A DNA stretch of 64,000 bases from Dehalococcoidia bacterium (GTDB taxonomy: Bacteria; Chloroflexota; Dehalococcoidia; Lucifugimonadales; JAGWBF01), in NCBI GenBank assembly GCA_965247295.1, contig CBDFGQ010000007.1, positions 560,317 to 624,316 on the forward strand. The letters are read 5' to 3'. Below are positions 9,719 to 18,864 of the stretch, piece by piece. How positions within the stretch are numbered: the first letter of the stretch is position 1; the number at the start of each line of letters is the position of its first letter. Both the position numbers and the translations under genes were made by a program. The notes under the pieces were generated by a model. It saw nothing but the letters and a program-made list of their open reading frames with translations. It had not been told where the DNA came from and made no database searches.

Positions 9719-10362
9719 GGGTGGATTCGGATACGGGGCGACTAGAGGGGCCCGTCCTGGGGCAGGGCGAAGGGCCCCTTCATACGCTTACCTGGGAAAT
9801 AGACCGGGATGAGGGACGGACGGTGGAGGCTATGCGCCACACCCACACCGACCCTTACCCTGAGCCGGTGATCCAGGTCCCGAGCGACCTGGAGAGGAAC
9901 CTTCTGGTTACCTCGGTGGACGCCCTGCTGAACTGGAGCCGAAAGTCGGCGCTCTGGCCGGTGGCCTTCGGGCTGGCCTGCTGCGCGTTCGAGATGATGG
10001 CCAGCGCCATGGGCCGTTTCGACATAGCGCGCTTCGGCATGGAGGCCTTCCGGGCCACGCCGCGGCAGGCGGACCTCATGATCGTGGCCGGCACCGTCAC
10101 CTGGAAGATGGCCCCGGCGATCCGCCGCATCTACGACCAGATGGGGGAGCCCAAGTGGGTCATCTCCATGGGAGTGTGCGCCACCAGTGGCGGACCCTAC
10201 TACTCATGCTACAGCGTGGTGCCGGGCGTCAACCATATCGTGCCCGTGGACGTTTATGTGCCTGGCTGTCCCCCTCGGCCCGACGCCCTCCTGTACGGCA
10301 TCATGCAACTGCACGAGAAGATAAAGAAGTACAGTCTACGAGGCAGCGTCGCGGGTGCGTGA
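9709..10362 (+). CDS. nuoB: NADH-quinone oxidoreductase subunit B
   Basis: [29 protein letters not shown] and [10 protein letters not shown] (N2 cluster ligands). The N-terminal extension is unusually long; the alternative start M42 is at 9832. Confidence 0.9.
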   Translation: MEVRVDSDTGRLEGPVLGQGEGPLHTLTWEIDRDEGRTVEAMRHTHTDPYPEPVIQVPSDLERNLLVTSVDALLNWSRKSALWPVAFGLACCAFEMMASAMGRFDIARFGMEAFRATPRQADLMIVAGTVTWKMAPAIRRIYDQMGEPKWVISMGVCATSGGPYYSCYSVVPGVNHIVPVDVYVPGCPPRPDALLYGIMQLHEKIKKYSLRGSVAGA

Positions 10363-10820
10363 TGGGGACTAGGGTGTTAGGCGGAGAGGCGTTTGCGTCA
10401 CTGCTCCGCCAGAGGTATCCCGACGTGGTGGAAGAGTGGGGTGACTCGGGCCTGTGGTTCAAGCCGGAGTGCGCCCTGGAGGTTATGAGGTTCTTGAAAG
10501 AAGAGCCGGAGTTGAACCTCAACTACCTCAACTCTATTTCGGCGGTTGACTATATCGAGTATTTTGAAGTTGTGTACCACCTGACGTCCTTCGAGCACAA
10601 CCATAGTGCGGTCCTTAAGGCAAAGTTATATGGCAGGGAAGAGCCCACTATCCCGTCCGTGGTGAGCCTCTGGCAGGGAGCGGATTTCCAGGAGCGGGAG
10701 ATCTGGGACCTTATGGGAGTGCAGTTCTCGGGCCACCCGAACCTGAAACGTATCATGCTGTGGGAAGGCTTCCAGGGCCATCCACTGCGTAAGGACTTTC
10801 AGGACGTTGTTGAGTATTAG
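10362..10820 (+). CDS. nuoC: NADH-quinone oxidoreductase subunit C (30 kDa)
   Basis: FQEREIWDLMGVQFSGHPNLKRIMLWEGFQGHPLRKDF. The ATG at 10362 overlaps the nuoB TGA (TGATG). Confidence 0.85.
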   Translation: MGTRVLGGEAFASLLRQRYPDVVEEWGDSGLWFKPECALEVMRFLKEEPELNLNYLNSISAVDYIEYFEVVYHLTSFEHNHSAVLKAKLYGREEPTIPSVVSLWQGADFQEREIWDLMGVQFSGHPNLKRIMLWEGFQGHPLRKDFQDVVEY

Positions 10821-10888
10821 TCCATGACTGGGGCGGTTGACTATCCGGATTTTTAGATCAGTACGTTGAGTTAAGGGCAGTAAAGGGC

Positions 10889-11995
10889 ATGCCCATACGG
10901 ACCGAGCCCATCACCATAAACATCGGGCCCCAGCACCCCAGTACCCACGGGGTGTTCAGGTTGCGGGTCACCTTTGATGGAGAGGTGATCATGGACGTGG
11001 AACCCGTTTTCGGCTACCTGCATCGGGGCTCAGAAAAGCTGGCCGAAGAGCGCAACTACGTCCAGGTAGTAACCCTTACCGACCGCCTCGACTACGTTGC
11101 ATCCATGACCAACAACCAGGCCTACTGCATAGCCGTCGAGAAGCTAATGGGGATAGAGGCGCCCGAGAGGGGCCAGTACCTCCGCGTCATCGCGGCGGAG
11201 CTACAACGGATTGCCAGCCACCTGGTCGCCACCGGTTTCTTCATGCAGGATCTAGGGGCCCTGGGCACACCGTTAATGTATTGCTTCCGGGAGCGTGAGC
11301 GCATCCTGGACCTCTTCGAGATGCTGTGCGGGGCCCGCGTAACGGTGAGCTTTATGCGTCCGGGGGGTGTATTTGCCGACGCCCCGGAGGACTTCTGGCC
11401 ACAGCTGGACCAGTTTCTCCAGGAGATTCCCGGCTACATAGGCGAGCTAGAACAGCTCCTGGTAGAGAACGAGATTATCCTTGTCAGGATCAAGGACGTG
11501 GGCGTGCTACCCCTTGAACGGGCGATCGCATGCTCCACCAGCGGCCCGGTGCTACGGGGTAGCGGGCTCAGATGGGACTGGCGCAAGGCGGACCCGTACG
11601 ACGTATATGACCGGGTCGAGTTCGGCGTCCCCGTGGGCAACAACGGCGACAACCTGGACAGGTTCTGGGTGCGCATGCAGGAAATGCGCCAGAGCATCCG
11701 AATAATAGAACAGTGCGTGGAGCAGATACCTGAGGGGCCGGTGCGGACGCCGCTGCCCCTGGTCCTCAGGCCACCCGCAGGGGCGGAGGCATATGGTCGG
11801 GTGGAGTCTCCCAAGGGGGAACTGGGATTCTACCTGATAAGCGATGGCAGCATTGCCCCCTACCGCTGCAAGATACGCTCCCCCTCACTGCTAAACCTCA
11901 CGGCGGTCCGTGATCTGCTGGTGGGCTGGAAGCTGGCCGATATGATCGTCACCCTGGGCAGTATCGACATCAACATGGGAGAGGTCGATCGATGA
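10889..11995 (+). CDS. nuoD: NADH-quinone oxidoreductase subunit D (49 kDa)
   Basis: NIGPQHPSTHGVFRL near the N-terminus and IVTLGSIDINMGEVDR at the C-terminus. Confidence 0.9.
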   Translation: MPIRTEPITINIGPQHPSTHGVFRLRVTFDGEVIMDVEPVFGYLHRGSEKLAEERNYVQVVTLTDRLDYVASMTNNQAYCIAVEKLMGIEAPERGQYLRVIAAELQRIASHLVATGFFMQDLGALGTPLMYCFRERERILDLFEMLCGARVTVSFMRPGGVFADAPEDFWPQLDQFLQEIPGYIGELEQLLVENEIILVRIKDVGVLPLERAIACSTSGPVLRGSGLRWDWRKADPYDVYDRVEFGVPVGNNGDNLDRFWVRMQEMRQSIRIIEQCVEQIPEGPVRTPLPLVLRPPAGAEAYGRVESPKGELGFYLISDGSIAPYRCKIRSPSLLNLTAVRDLLVGWKLADMIVTLGSIDINMGEVDR

Positions 11996-13209
11996 GCTGC
12001 CAGATCGAGTCCGGTCTCCTCTATGACAACGTCCTGTTCCGCCACATATACAACGGAATAGGAGAGGTCCTTCCTCACCAGCTCTGCGCCCTGGATTATT
12101 TTATCTCGGGCTTCATCATCATGTTCATCCTCGTCAACGGCGTTCTGCTGGGTGCGGCCATATTCATCTGGGCAGAGAGGCGAATCCTTGGCAGGTTCCA
12201 GAACCGGCTGGGCCCAAATCGCTGGGGGCCATTTGGCCTTCTCCAGCCCATCGCCGACCTGGTCAAGCTGATCTCCAAGGAGGACCTTATCCCCGCCGGC
12301 GCCGACCGCCTCGCATTCACACTGGTGCCGATTTTAATGGTCATGCCCCTGATCTTGGTAGTGGCGGTGGTCCCCTTCGCCAAGAACACCTTCCTGGTCG
12401 ATCTCAACGTGGGCGTCCTTTATGTCGTAGCCGTTACCTCTATCAGCACACTGGCGATCTTCATGGCCGGCTGGGCATCGGGAAACAGGTACGCATTGTT
12501 CGGCGCCATGCGGGGCGTTGCGATGCTCATAAGCTACGAGATACCCGTCGTCCTATCCCTGGTGGGGGTGGTCCTGCTCACCGGGTCCATGAGGATGACG
12601 GACGTGGTAAACGCCCAGACGTTGCCCTTTCTTCTGGTCCAGCCGCTGGGGATACTGGTCTTCTTTCTGGGAATATCGGCGGAGCTTAATCGCACTCCCT
12701 TTGACATCACTGAGGCCGAGTCGGAGCTTACCGCCGGCTATCATACCGAGTACAGCGGGACCAAATTCCTCCTTATACAGGCCGGTGAGTTCGGAGGGGT
12801 GGTGGCCGCCTCTGGTATAATGGCGACCCTGTTCCTGGGAGGCTGGTCGGGGCCCTTCCTCTCGGGCCAGCTGGGTGCCCTCTGGTTTCTCCTGAAGGTG
12901 GGCGCCTTCGTCTTCCTGTTCATTTGGATAAGGGCTACGTTCCCACGGCTGCGCATAGACCAGATTATGGCCTTCGCCTGGAAGTTCCTATTTCCCTTGA
13001 GTCTCATCAACCTCTTTGCGACCACCATCGAGGTGTACCTCCTACGGGGCGATGGGGGGGCCATAACCAGGGGAGACCTGGCAATCATGACGGTAATAAA
13101 CTTCGCGGTCGCAGTTGGAGCAATTGCCCTATTTGGAAACGTGATAAAGGAGAGGGTGAGGCCGCCGGTGAGGACGGCTGCGGTAGTGGCGACCCCCAGG
13201 GCTTCGTGA
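11992..13209 (+). CDS. nuoH: NADH-quinone oxidoreductase subunit H
   Basis: WAERRILGRFQNRLGPNRWGPFGLLQPIADLVKL in a polytopic protein. ATGA overlap with nuoD. Confidence 0.9.
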   Translation: MSCQIESGLLYDNVLFRHIYNGIGEVLPHQLCALDYFISGFIIMFILVNGVLLGAAIFIWAERRILGRFQNRLGPNRWGPFGLLQPIADLVKLISKEDLIPAGADRLAFTLVPILMVMPLILVVAVVPFAKNTFLVDLNVGVLYVVAVTSISTLAIFMAGWASGNRYALFGAMRGVAMLISYEIPVVLSLVGVVLLTGSMRMTDVVNAQTLPFLLVQPLGILVFFLGISAELNRTPFDITEAESELTAGYHTEYSGTKFLLIQAGEFGGVVAASGIMATLFLGGWSGPFLSGQLGALWFLLKVGAFVFLFIWIRATFPRLRIDQIMAFAWKFLFPLSLINLFATTIEVYLLRGDGGAITRGDLAIMTVINFAVAVGAIALFGNVIKERVRPPVRTAAVVATPRAS

Positions 13210-13300
13210 GGGCCCCTTACCCGTTATTCCTTCCCCCTGTGGAGTGGAGCCCGGGTAATCTACGGACTCGAGTTGGGGATCACAAGGGAGGCTGAGTAGA

Positions 13301-13984
13301 GTGTATGGATTAGGTCTGGCCAAGGGGTTGGCCGTAACGATGAGGAACCTTGTCAGGCGGCCCTTCACGGTTCAGTACCCGGAGCAGAGGTTGCCCCAGC
13401 ATCCACGCTTCCGGGGCGAGGAGTTCGTGTGGTATGAGGAGCGGTGTACCGGCTGCGCCTCGTGTGCTAAATACTGTCCCCTCGGCATCATTCGCATCGT
13501 TACAGACCCGACTGGCACGGCGCCCGAGCAGGGGGGCAAGTACAACCTGGAGGTTTTCGACATCGATATCGGCCGGTGCATGTTCTGTGGGCTCTGCGTG
13601 GAGGCCTGTCCATACGATGCCCTGTTCATGGGTAGCGGGTTCGAGCGAGGACGTTACCGACGGAGCGATCTCGTAATTAACATAGACGAGCTGCGCCAGG
13701 CGGAGAAGCGGCCCAGCACCTGGTTCAGGCCTCAGCTTGAGGAAGGTAAGTACAACCCACACGAGGATGTACCGCTCTCCTGGCGAGGCGTGGGACGTGA
13801 GAACTGGAGTTGGCACGTCGACGAGAAGGCTGGCGCCAAGATTCGCCCAGAAGCTGCGTCCCAGGAGGCCCCTCTGCCAGGCGACACGTCCTCCACGAAC
13901 CGGGAGGAACCGGATGCGGGGGCGAGCGCGGCGATATCAGACCTGCCGGATGATCGCAATGAGAATACGGAGGAGGGCCCATAG
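13301..13984 (+). CDS. nuoI: NADH-quinone oxidoreductase subunit I (2x[4Fe-4S]) with acidic C-terminal tail
   Basis: CTGCASCAKYCP and CMFCGLCVEACP ferredoxin motifs. About 70 residues of low-complexity C-terminal extension. Confidence 0.9.
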   Translation: MYGLGLAKGLAVTMRNLVRRPFTVQYPEQRLPQHPRFRGEEFVWYEERCTGCASCAKYCPLGIIRIVTDPTGTAPEQGGKYNLEVFDIDIGRCMFCGLCVEACPYDALFMGSGFERGRYRRSDLVINIDELRQAEKRPSTWFRPQLEEGKYNPHEDVPLSWRGVGRENWSWHVDEKAGAKIRPEAASQEAPLPGDTSSTNREEPDAGASAAISDLPDDRNENTEEGP

Positions 13985-14551
13985 ATGGACTTCATGGAGT
14001 TCATCTTCTGGGTCCTGGCTGTGGGCAGCGTGGCGGCAGCTCTGGGGGTTGTATTTCTGAGGGATATCTTCCGGGCGGCCCTTTTGCTTGTCGTTGTGTT
14101 CCTGGCGGTGGCCGGGCTGTTTGTGATGATGAACGCCGAGTTCCTGGCCGTGGTGCAGGTGCTCATCTACGCGGGGGCCATCGCCATCCTCATCATCTTT
14201 GCCATAATGTTGACTCGTGAGGTCCAGCAGGGCAACCTACCTAACCGTCTCCAGCCTCTAGCGGTGTTGTTTCCGGCCCTCCTATTGGCTGCCCTGGTCT
14301 TTGTAGCAGTGGACACCGAGTGGAACCTGCTCTCGGACCAGCCCGAAGCGACCCAGAGGAACGTCGAGCTTGTGCAAACCAATACCATCAGCGGAATACC
14401 CGACGAGATGAGGGGAGTGATAGGAGGGGCAGCGGATCGCTCGGGTCTGGCTGAGCTCTTGATCAACGACTACGTCCTGCCCTTCGAGGTGGCTTCGGTC
14501 CTGCTCCTGGCTGCCATTATCGGCGCCCTCGTGTTGGTACGGGAGCGGTGA
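13985..14551 (+). CDS. nuoJ: NADH-quinone oxidoreductase subunit J
   Basis: Five-TM protein with VLIYAGAIAILIIFAIML, at the expected position between nuoI and nuoK. Confidence 0.85.
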   Translation: MDFMEFIFWVLAVGSVAAALGVVFLRDIFRAALLLVVVFLAVAGLFVMMNAEFLAVVQVLIYAGAIAILIIFAIMLTREVQQGNLPNRLQPLAVLFPALLLAALVFVAVDTEWNLLSDQPEATQRNVELVQTNTISGIPDEMRGVIGGAADRSGLAELLINDYVLPFEVASVLLLAAIIGALVLVRER

Positions 14552-14552
14552 G

Positions 14553-14882
14553 ATGAGCCTGGAGCACTTCCTGATACTGTCGGCGGTGCTGTTCTGCATC
14601 GGTATGTATGGCGCGCTGGCCAGGCGAAACGTCATAACGGTGCTCATGTCCATAGAGCTGATGTTCAACGCCGTCAACATAACACTGGTCGCTTTCTCCA
14701 AGTACATCACGCCGGCCGGTCTGGATGAGCAGCTGGGCACGCTGCTGACGGGACAGGTGTTCGCCATCTTCATAATCACCGTGGCCGCGGCGGAGATAGC
14801 CCTGGGGCTGGGCATAGTCATCGCCCTTTACCGGAGCAGGGAGACGGTGGACTTGACTGCGGCCAGTATCATGAGGCGGTAG
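14553..14882 (+). CDS. nuoK: NADH-quinone oxidoreductase subunit K
   Basis: 109-aa three-TM protein with SIELMFNAVNITLVAF. Confidence 0.9.
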   Translation: MSLEHFLILSAVLFCIGMYGALARRNVITVLMSIELMFNAVNITLVAFSKYITPAGLDEQLGTLLTGQVFAIFIITVAAAEIALGLGIVIALYRSRETVDLTAASIMRR

Positions 14883-14896
14883 ACCTCACCCCGAGT

Positions 14897-14919
14897 CCCC
14901 TCTCCCACCGGGCGAGGGG
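14897..14919. repeat. G/C-rich REP-like hairpin CCCCTCTCCCACCGGGCGAGGGG
   Basis: 6+3 bp stem just after the nuoK stop. It shares the left-half consensus CCTCACCC-N-CCCTCTCCCAC with the 17228-17284 palindrome. Confidence 0.55.
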
Positions 14920-14958
14920 TACCCGAAGGGCCAGGATCAGGGATCGTGGGTAAAAGCC

Positions 14959-15153
14959 ATGTGGACGGAGTTCAAGAAAGTATCGAATCTCGTGACCGCG
15001 GAGATGTGGAAAGAGGTCCTTGAGGGAGAGGGCCTGCCCACCCGCATACTCCTGGATGGGGACATCCTCGATTGGGGGGAGCGGCGGCCCTTCCGGATCA
15101 TGGTGCCCAAGGGTAGAGAGCACGTAGCAGAGGAGATTCTCAGGAAGCTGTAG
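14959..15153 (+). CDS. small DUF2007-like (putative signal-transducing) protein embedded in the nuo operon
   Basis: 64 aa: MWTEFKKVSNLVTAEMWKEVLEGEGLPTRILLDGD..RIMVPKGREHVAEEILRKL. This matches my recollection of the DUF2007 pattern (x-x-A-x-hydrophobic-x-x-x-L-E-x-x-G-I...). The stop lies 1 nt before the nuoL ATG. Confidence 0.45.
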   Translation: MWTEFKKVSNLVTAEMWKEVLEGEGLPTRILLDGDILDWGERRPFRIMVPKGREHVAEEILRKL

Positions 15154-15154
15154 G

Positions 15155-17212
15155 ATGATATCGGAAGCCGGCGTCTGGACCATTTTCTTCTTACCGCTTG
15201 CGGCTTTTCTAGTTATCTCCCTCATTGTTCGGCCGTTCTTTAACCAGTACCGTCAGCAGAGCGCCCTCATCACCGTCGTCGCCCTTACCGGTTCCCTCGC
15301 CCTTTCCGCATGGACCTTGCAGTCGGTAATAGACGGCAGAGGCTCCCTGGACTTCAGTCCGCATGAGTGGTTTGCCGTAGGCGGTCTCGACATTCGCATG
15401 GGGCTGATGGTGGACCAGCTGACCGCCGTGATGCTGGTGGTGGTCACCGGGGTAAGCCTCATGGTGCAGATGTACTCCATAGGCTACATGCGGGATGACC
15501 CGGGGTACGCACGCTACTTCGCCATCATGAGTCTCTTCACCGCCGCCATGGTGGGGCTGGTGATTTCGAGGAACGTGGTCCAGCTCTACGTGTTTTGGGA
15601 GCTGGTGGGGGTGTGCTCCTATCTGCTCATCGGCTTCTGGTACACCCGGCCGGCGGCGGCCGCGGCGGCAAAGAAGGCGTTCATAGTTACCCGAATTGGG
15701 GATTTCGGGTTTCTCCTGGCCATACTCTATCTCTTCTTCAACAGTGGGGCGTTTCAGGCCCATGGGCTCAGCTCACTCGAAATTCCAGACATTTATGAAG
15801 CCATTCCCCTGGCCCAGGCGGGCACTCTGGGGGCCTTGGGTGGCATGGGCCTAACCTGGATGGCCGTTGGCATATTCGCGGGGGCCGCGGGCAAGTCGGC
15901 CCAGTTCCCCCTGCACGTGTGGCTGCCCGACGCCATGGAGGGTCCGACCCCGGTCAGCGCCCTGATACATGCGGCTACCATGGTCGCCGCCGGCGTCTTC
16001 CTGGTGGCGCGCTTTTTCCCGGTGTTCGAGGCCTCCGAGGATGCCATGAATGCTGTGGCCCTGGTAGGGGCATTTACGGCCCTGTTCGCCGCCACCATGG
16101 GCCTGGTGATGAACGACATCAAGCGGGTGCTGGCCTACTCCACCATAAGCCAGCTTGGCTTCATGATGGCGGCCCTGGGAGTGGGCGCCTACGGCGCGGC
16201 CATATTTCACCTGTTCAACCATGCCTTCTTCAAGTCCCTCCTCTTCATGGGGGCCGGCAGCGTCAACCACGCCTCGGGAACCTTCGATATGAGGTACATG
16301 GGCGGCATGAGGCGGGCCATGCCCTGGACCTACGTGACCATGGTCATCGGGTCACTAAGCTTGGCGGGCATATTCCCCCTTTCGGGTTTCTGGAGCAAGG
16401 ATGAGATCTTGCTCCACGCCTGGAGGGGAGGCGCATGGGTGGATGGGCTGGTGTTCTGGCTTCTGGTTGTCGGTGTCTTCATCACAGCTGCATACGCCTT
16501 TCGAATGATACACATGACCTTCCACGGAGAGTTCGGGGGCGGCATAGACCGGGAGCTAGAGGATGGGGGCTCGGGTGTGCTCCCGGCCGGTGGTGCTCCC
16601 GCCGGGGGCTCCCAAGGCGTGCATCTGGCTGAGTCCCCCCTGCCCATGCTGGTGCCTATGGTGATCCTGGGAGTGGGCGCCTTTGTCTCAGGCTACCTGG
16701 CCAATCCCCTGGGGTTTGGGGGTGGTTTCCTGGGCATAGATGCCCACTGGTTCTCCCACTTCGTAGTCCCGCCCGGGGCCCACATCGGGGAGCTGGAGAG
16801 GTTCAGCCTTCCCCTGGCGTCAATCTCGGTGCTGGTTGCCCTGGTAGGGATAGGCGTAGCCGCTGCCTTTTATCTACGGTCAAGGGTGCTCCACAGGCTG
16901 CGCGAGGGGAAGGCCCCGGATTTGGTAGGCCGTCCCCTAAGGGGAGCCCACTCGCTGTTGTCGGAGAGGTATTACATGGACCACCTCTTCGAGCGGCAGA
17001 TCGTGGCCAGGGGTTTTTACCGGGTGACGGCGGGCGCCTTGGACTGGTTCGATCGCAGCGTCGTGGACGAAATTGCCGAGCGCCTGGGCTGGTTCTCCCG
17101 AAACATCGGGCGGGCCATCGGGACTCTTCAGACCGGGCAGGTGCAGGGTTACGCGGTGGCCATAACCCTCGGGGTCGCCCTTATAGTGGCCGCCTTTCTC
17201 ATATGGGGATGA
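15155..17212 (+). CDS. nuoL: NADH-quinone oxidoreductase subunit L
   Basis: WELVGVCSYLLIGFWY and QFPLHVWLPDAMEGPTPVSALIHAATMVAAGVFL, marking the Mrp-antiporter-like subunit. 685 aa. Confidence 0.9.
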   Translation: MISEAGVWTIFFLPLAAFLVISLIVRPFFNQYRQQSALITVVALTGSLALSAWTLQSVIDGRGSLDFSPHEWFAVGGLDIRMGLMVDQLTAVMLVVVTGVSLMVQMYSIGYMRDDPGYARYFAIMSLFTAAMVGLVISRNVVQLYVFWELVGVCSYLLIGFWYTRPAAAAAAKKAFIVTRIGDFGFLLAILYLFFNSGAFQAHGLSSLEIPDIYEAIPLAQAGTLGALGGMGLTWMAVGIFAGAAGKSAQFPLHVWLPDAMEGPTPVSALIHAATMVAAGVFLVARFFPVFEASEDAMNAVALVGAFTALFAATMGLVMNDIKRVLAYSTISQLGFMMAALGVGAYGAAIFHLFNHAFFKSLLFMGAGSVNHASGTFDMRYMGGMRRAMPWTYVTMVIGSLSLAGIFPLSGFWSKDEILLHAWRGGAWVDGLVFWLLVVGVFITAAYAFRMIHMTFHGEFGGGIDRELEDGGSGVLPAGGAPAGGSQGVHLAESPLPMLVPMVILGVGAFVSGYLANPLGFGGGFLGIDAHWFSHFVVPPGAHIGELERFSLPLASISVLVALVGIGVAAAFYLRSRVLHRLREGKAPDLVGRPLRGAHSLLSERYYMDHLFERQIVARGFYRVTAGALDWFDRSVVDEIAERLGWFSRNIGRAIGTLQTGQVQGYAVAITLGVALIVAAFLIWG

Positions 17213-17227
17213 ATCAGTAGGTTATAG

Positions 17228-17284
17228 CCCTCACCCTAAGTGCATCCCTCTCCCACTGGGAGAGGGATGCACTTAGGGTGAGGG
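17228..17284. repeat. perfect 28-bp-arm palindrome (REP-like) between nuoL and nuoM
   Basis: CCCTCACCCTAAGTGCATCCCTCTCCCA-c-TGGGAGAGGGATGCACTTAGGGTGAGGG. Arms verified base by base. It lies 16 nt after the nuoL stop and 4 nt before the nuoM SD AAGGAG. Confidence 0.85.
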
Positions 17285-17298
17285 TAGTAAGGAGCTGG

Positions 17299-18864
17299 AT
17301 GGAGTTCGAGGGCATCCTGACCGCTACGGTCTTCCTGCCTCTGGCGGGCGCGCTTGTCATCGCCACGTTATTAAGGGGCGACCAGAGGATTCGGGTTTTC
17401 GCGGCCGCGGTTGCCCTGGCTAATCTGGCCCTTGCGATTACGGTCTTCTCCCTCTTCGACCACAGTGATAGCGCCCAGCGGTTCCAGATGATTGACCGGG
17501 TCGCCTGGATAGGGGAAGGCACCTTCTTTAACAATCTGACCTTCGATGCCAGCTACCATCTGGGTGTAGACGGACTCAGCGCGCCGATGGTGCTCCTGAC
17601 GGGACTGCTGGGGTTCTGCGCCGTGATGGCCTCCTGGAACATCAAGCTCCGGGTCAGGGAGTACTTCGTCTGGCTCCTGGTCCTACAGACGGCGGTGATG
17701 GGAGTGTTCACCGCGCTGGACTTCCTGTTGTTCTTCCTGTTCTGGGAGCTGGAGCTGCTGCCCATGTTCCTGCTCATCTCCATTTGGGGCACCGGTCGCA
17801 AAGAGTACTCGGCCATGAAGTTCCTTATCTTCACTATCCTGGGCAGCGCCTTCATGCTGGTGGCCATCGTGGCCGTTTTTCTCACCCCTGGCGATCTGGG
17901 GACCTTCGACATGGTGAAGCTGTCGGAGAAGGGGGTGGATGCGGCCAGGGTCATCGTCCCCATTAGCATGGTCTTCTGGTTCTTTGTGGTAGCCTACGCC
18001 ATAAAGCTGCCCATCTGGCCCGTCCATACCTGGCTGCCCGACGCCCACACCGATGCCCCCACGGCGGTGAGCGTGATCCTGGCGGGAGTGCTGCTGAAGA
18101 TGGGGGGCTACGGGCTGATACGGGTTTCGGTGGGGATGTTTCCCGCGCTCGACCACGCGCGAGAGTATGCCTGGACTCTGGCCGTGCTGGCGGTGATTAG
18201 CGTCCTCTATGGCGCCATCGTGACCCTGAGACAAACGGACCTCAAGCGATTGATCGCCTACAGCAGCGTTAGCCACATGGGCCTGGTGCTGCTGGGTGTG
18301 GCGGTGGCCGTGGGAGCCGGCGAGGCCTCCAGCGTGGCCCTAACGGGCGCCAGTATGCAGATGTTCGCCCACGGCACCATAACCGGCCTGCTGTTCCTGC
18401 TGGTTGGCCTGGTGTATGACAAGACCCACACGCGTTACATACCCGACCTGGGCGGGCTCGCGACCCGGATGCCCATTGTGGCCACGGTGTTCCTCATCGC
18501 TGGGCTGGCCTCCCTGGGCCTGCCCGGTCTGAGCGGGTTCGTGGCGGAAATCCTGGTGTTCTTGGGGTCCTTCAAGGCCTTCGCCTGGCCCACGGCCCTG
18601 GCTGCCTTCGGGATCGTCATAGCGGCGGGTTACATTCTGTGGATGATTGAGCGGGTGCTCTTTGGACCCAGCCGGGACCGCTTTGCCCAGGTCACCGATG
18701 CCAGCGCCATCGAGGCCATTCCCCTCGGCCTGCTGGTAATTAGCATCGTAGTAATCGGCGTCTACCCCGCCTTTCTGACCGACGTGTTTGATGCGGGTGT
18801 GGAGCCCATAGTCCAGATCGCCCGGGGGTTCCAGACCACGGTGGTGGCAGGTACCGCTCCATGA
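17299..18864 (+). CDS. nuoM: NADH-quinone oxidoreductase subunit M
   Basis: FFLFWELELLPMFLLISIWG and PVHTWLPDAHTDAPTAVSVILAGVLLKMGGYG. Start at MEFEGIL (ATG 17299) after AAGGAG; the longer track ORF would run through the palindrome. Confidence 0.9.
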   Translation: MEFEGILTATVFLPLAGALVIATLLRGDQRIRVFAAAVALANLALAITVFSLFDHSDSAQRFQMIDRVAWIGEGTFFNNLTFDASYHLGVDGLSAPMVLLTGLLGFCAVMASWNIKLRVREYFVWLLVLQTAVMGVFTALDFLLFFLFWELELLPMFLLISIWGTGRKEYSAMKFLIFTILGSAFMLVAIVAVFLTPGDLGTFDMVKLSEKGVDAARVIVPISMVFWFFVVAYAIKLPIWPVHTWLPDAHTDAPTAVSVILAGVLLKMGGYGLIRVSVGMFPALDHAREYAWTLAVLAVISVLYGAIVTLRQTDLKRLIAYSSVSHMGLVLLGVAVAVGAGEASSVALTGASMQMFAHGTITGLLFLLVGLVYDKTHTRYIPDLGGLATRMPIVATVFLIAGLASLGLPGLSGFVAEILVFLGSFKAFAWPTALAAFGIVIAAGYILWMIERVLFGPSRDRFAQVTDASAIEAIPLGLLVISIVVIGVYPAFLTDVFDAGVEPIVQIARGFQTTVVAGTAP

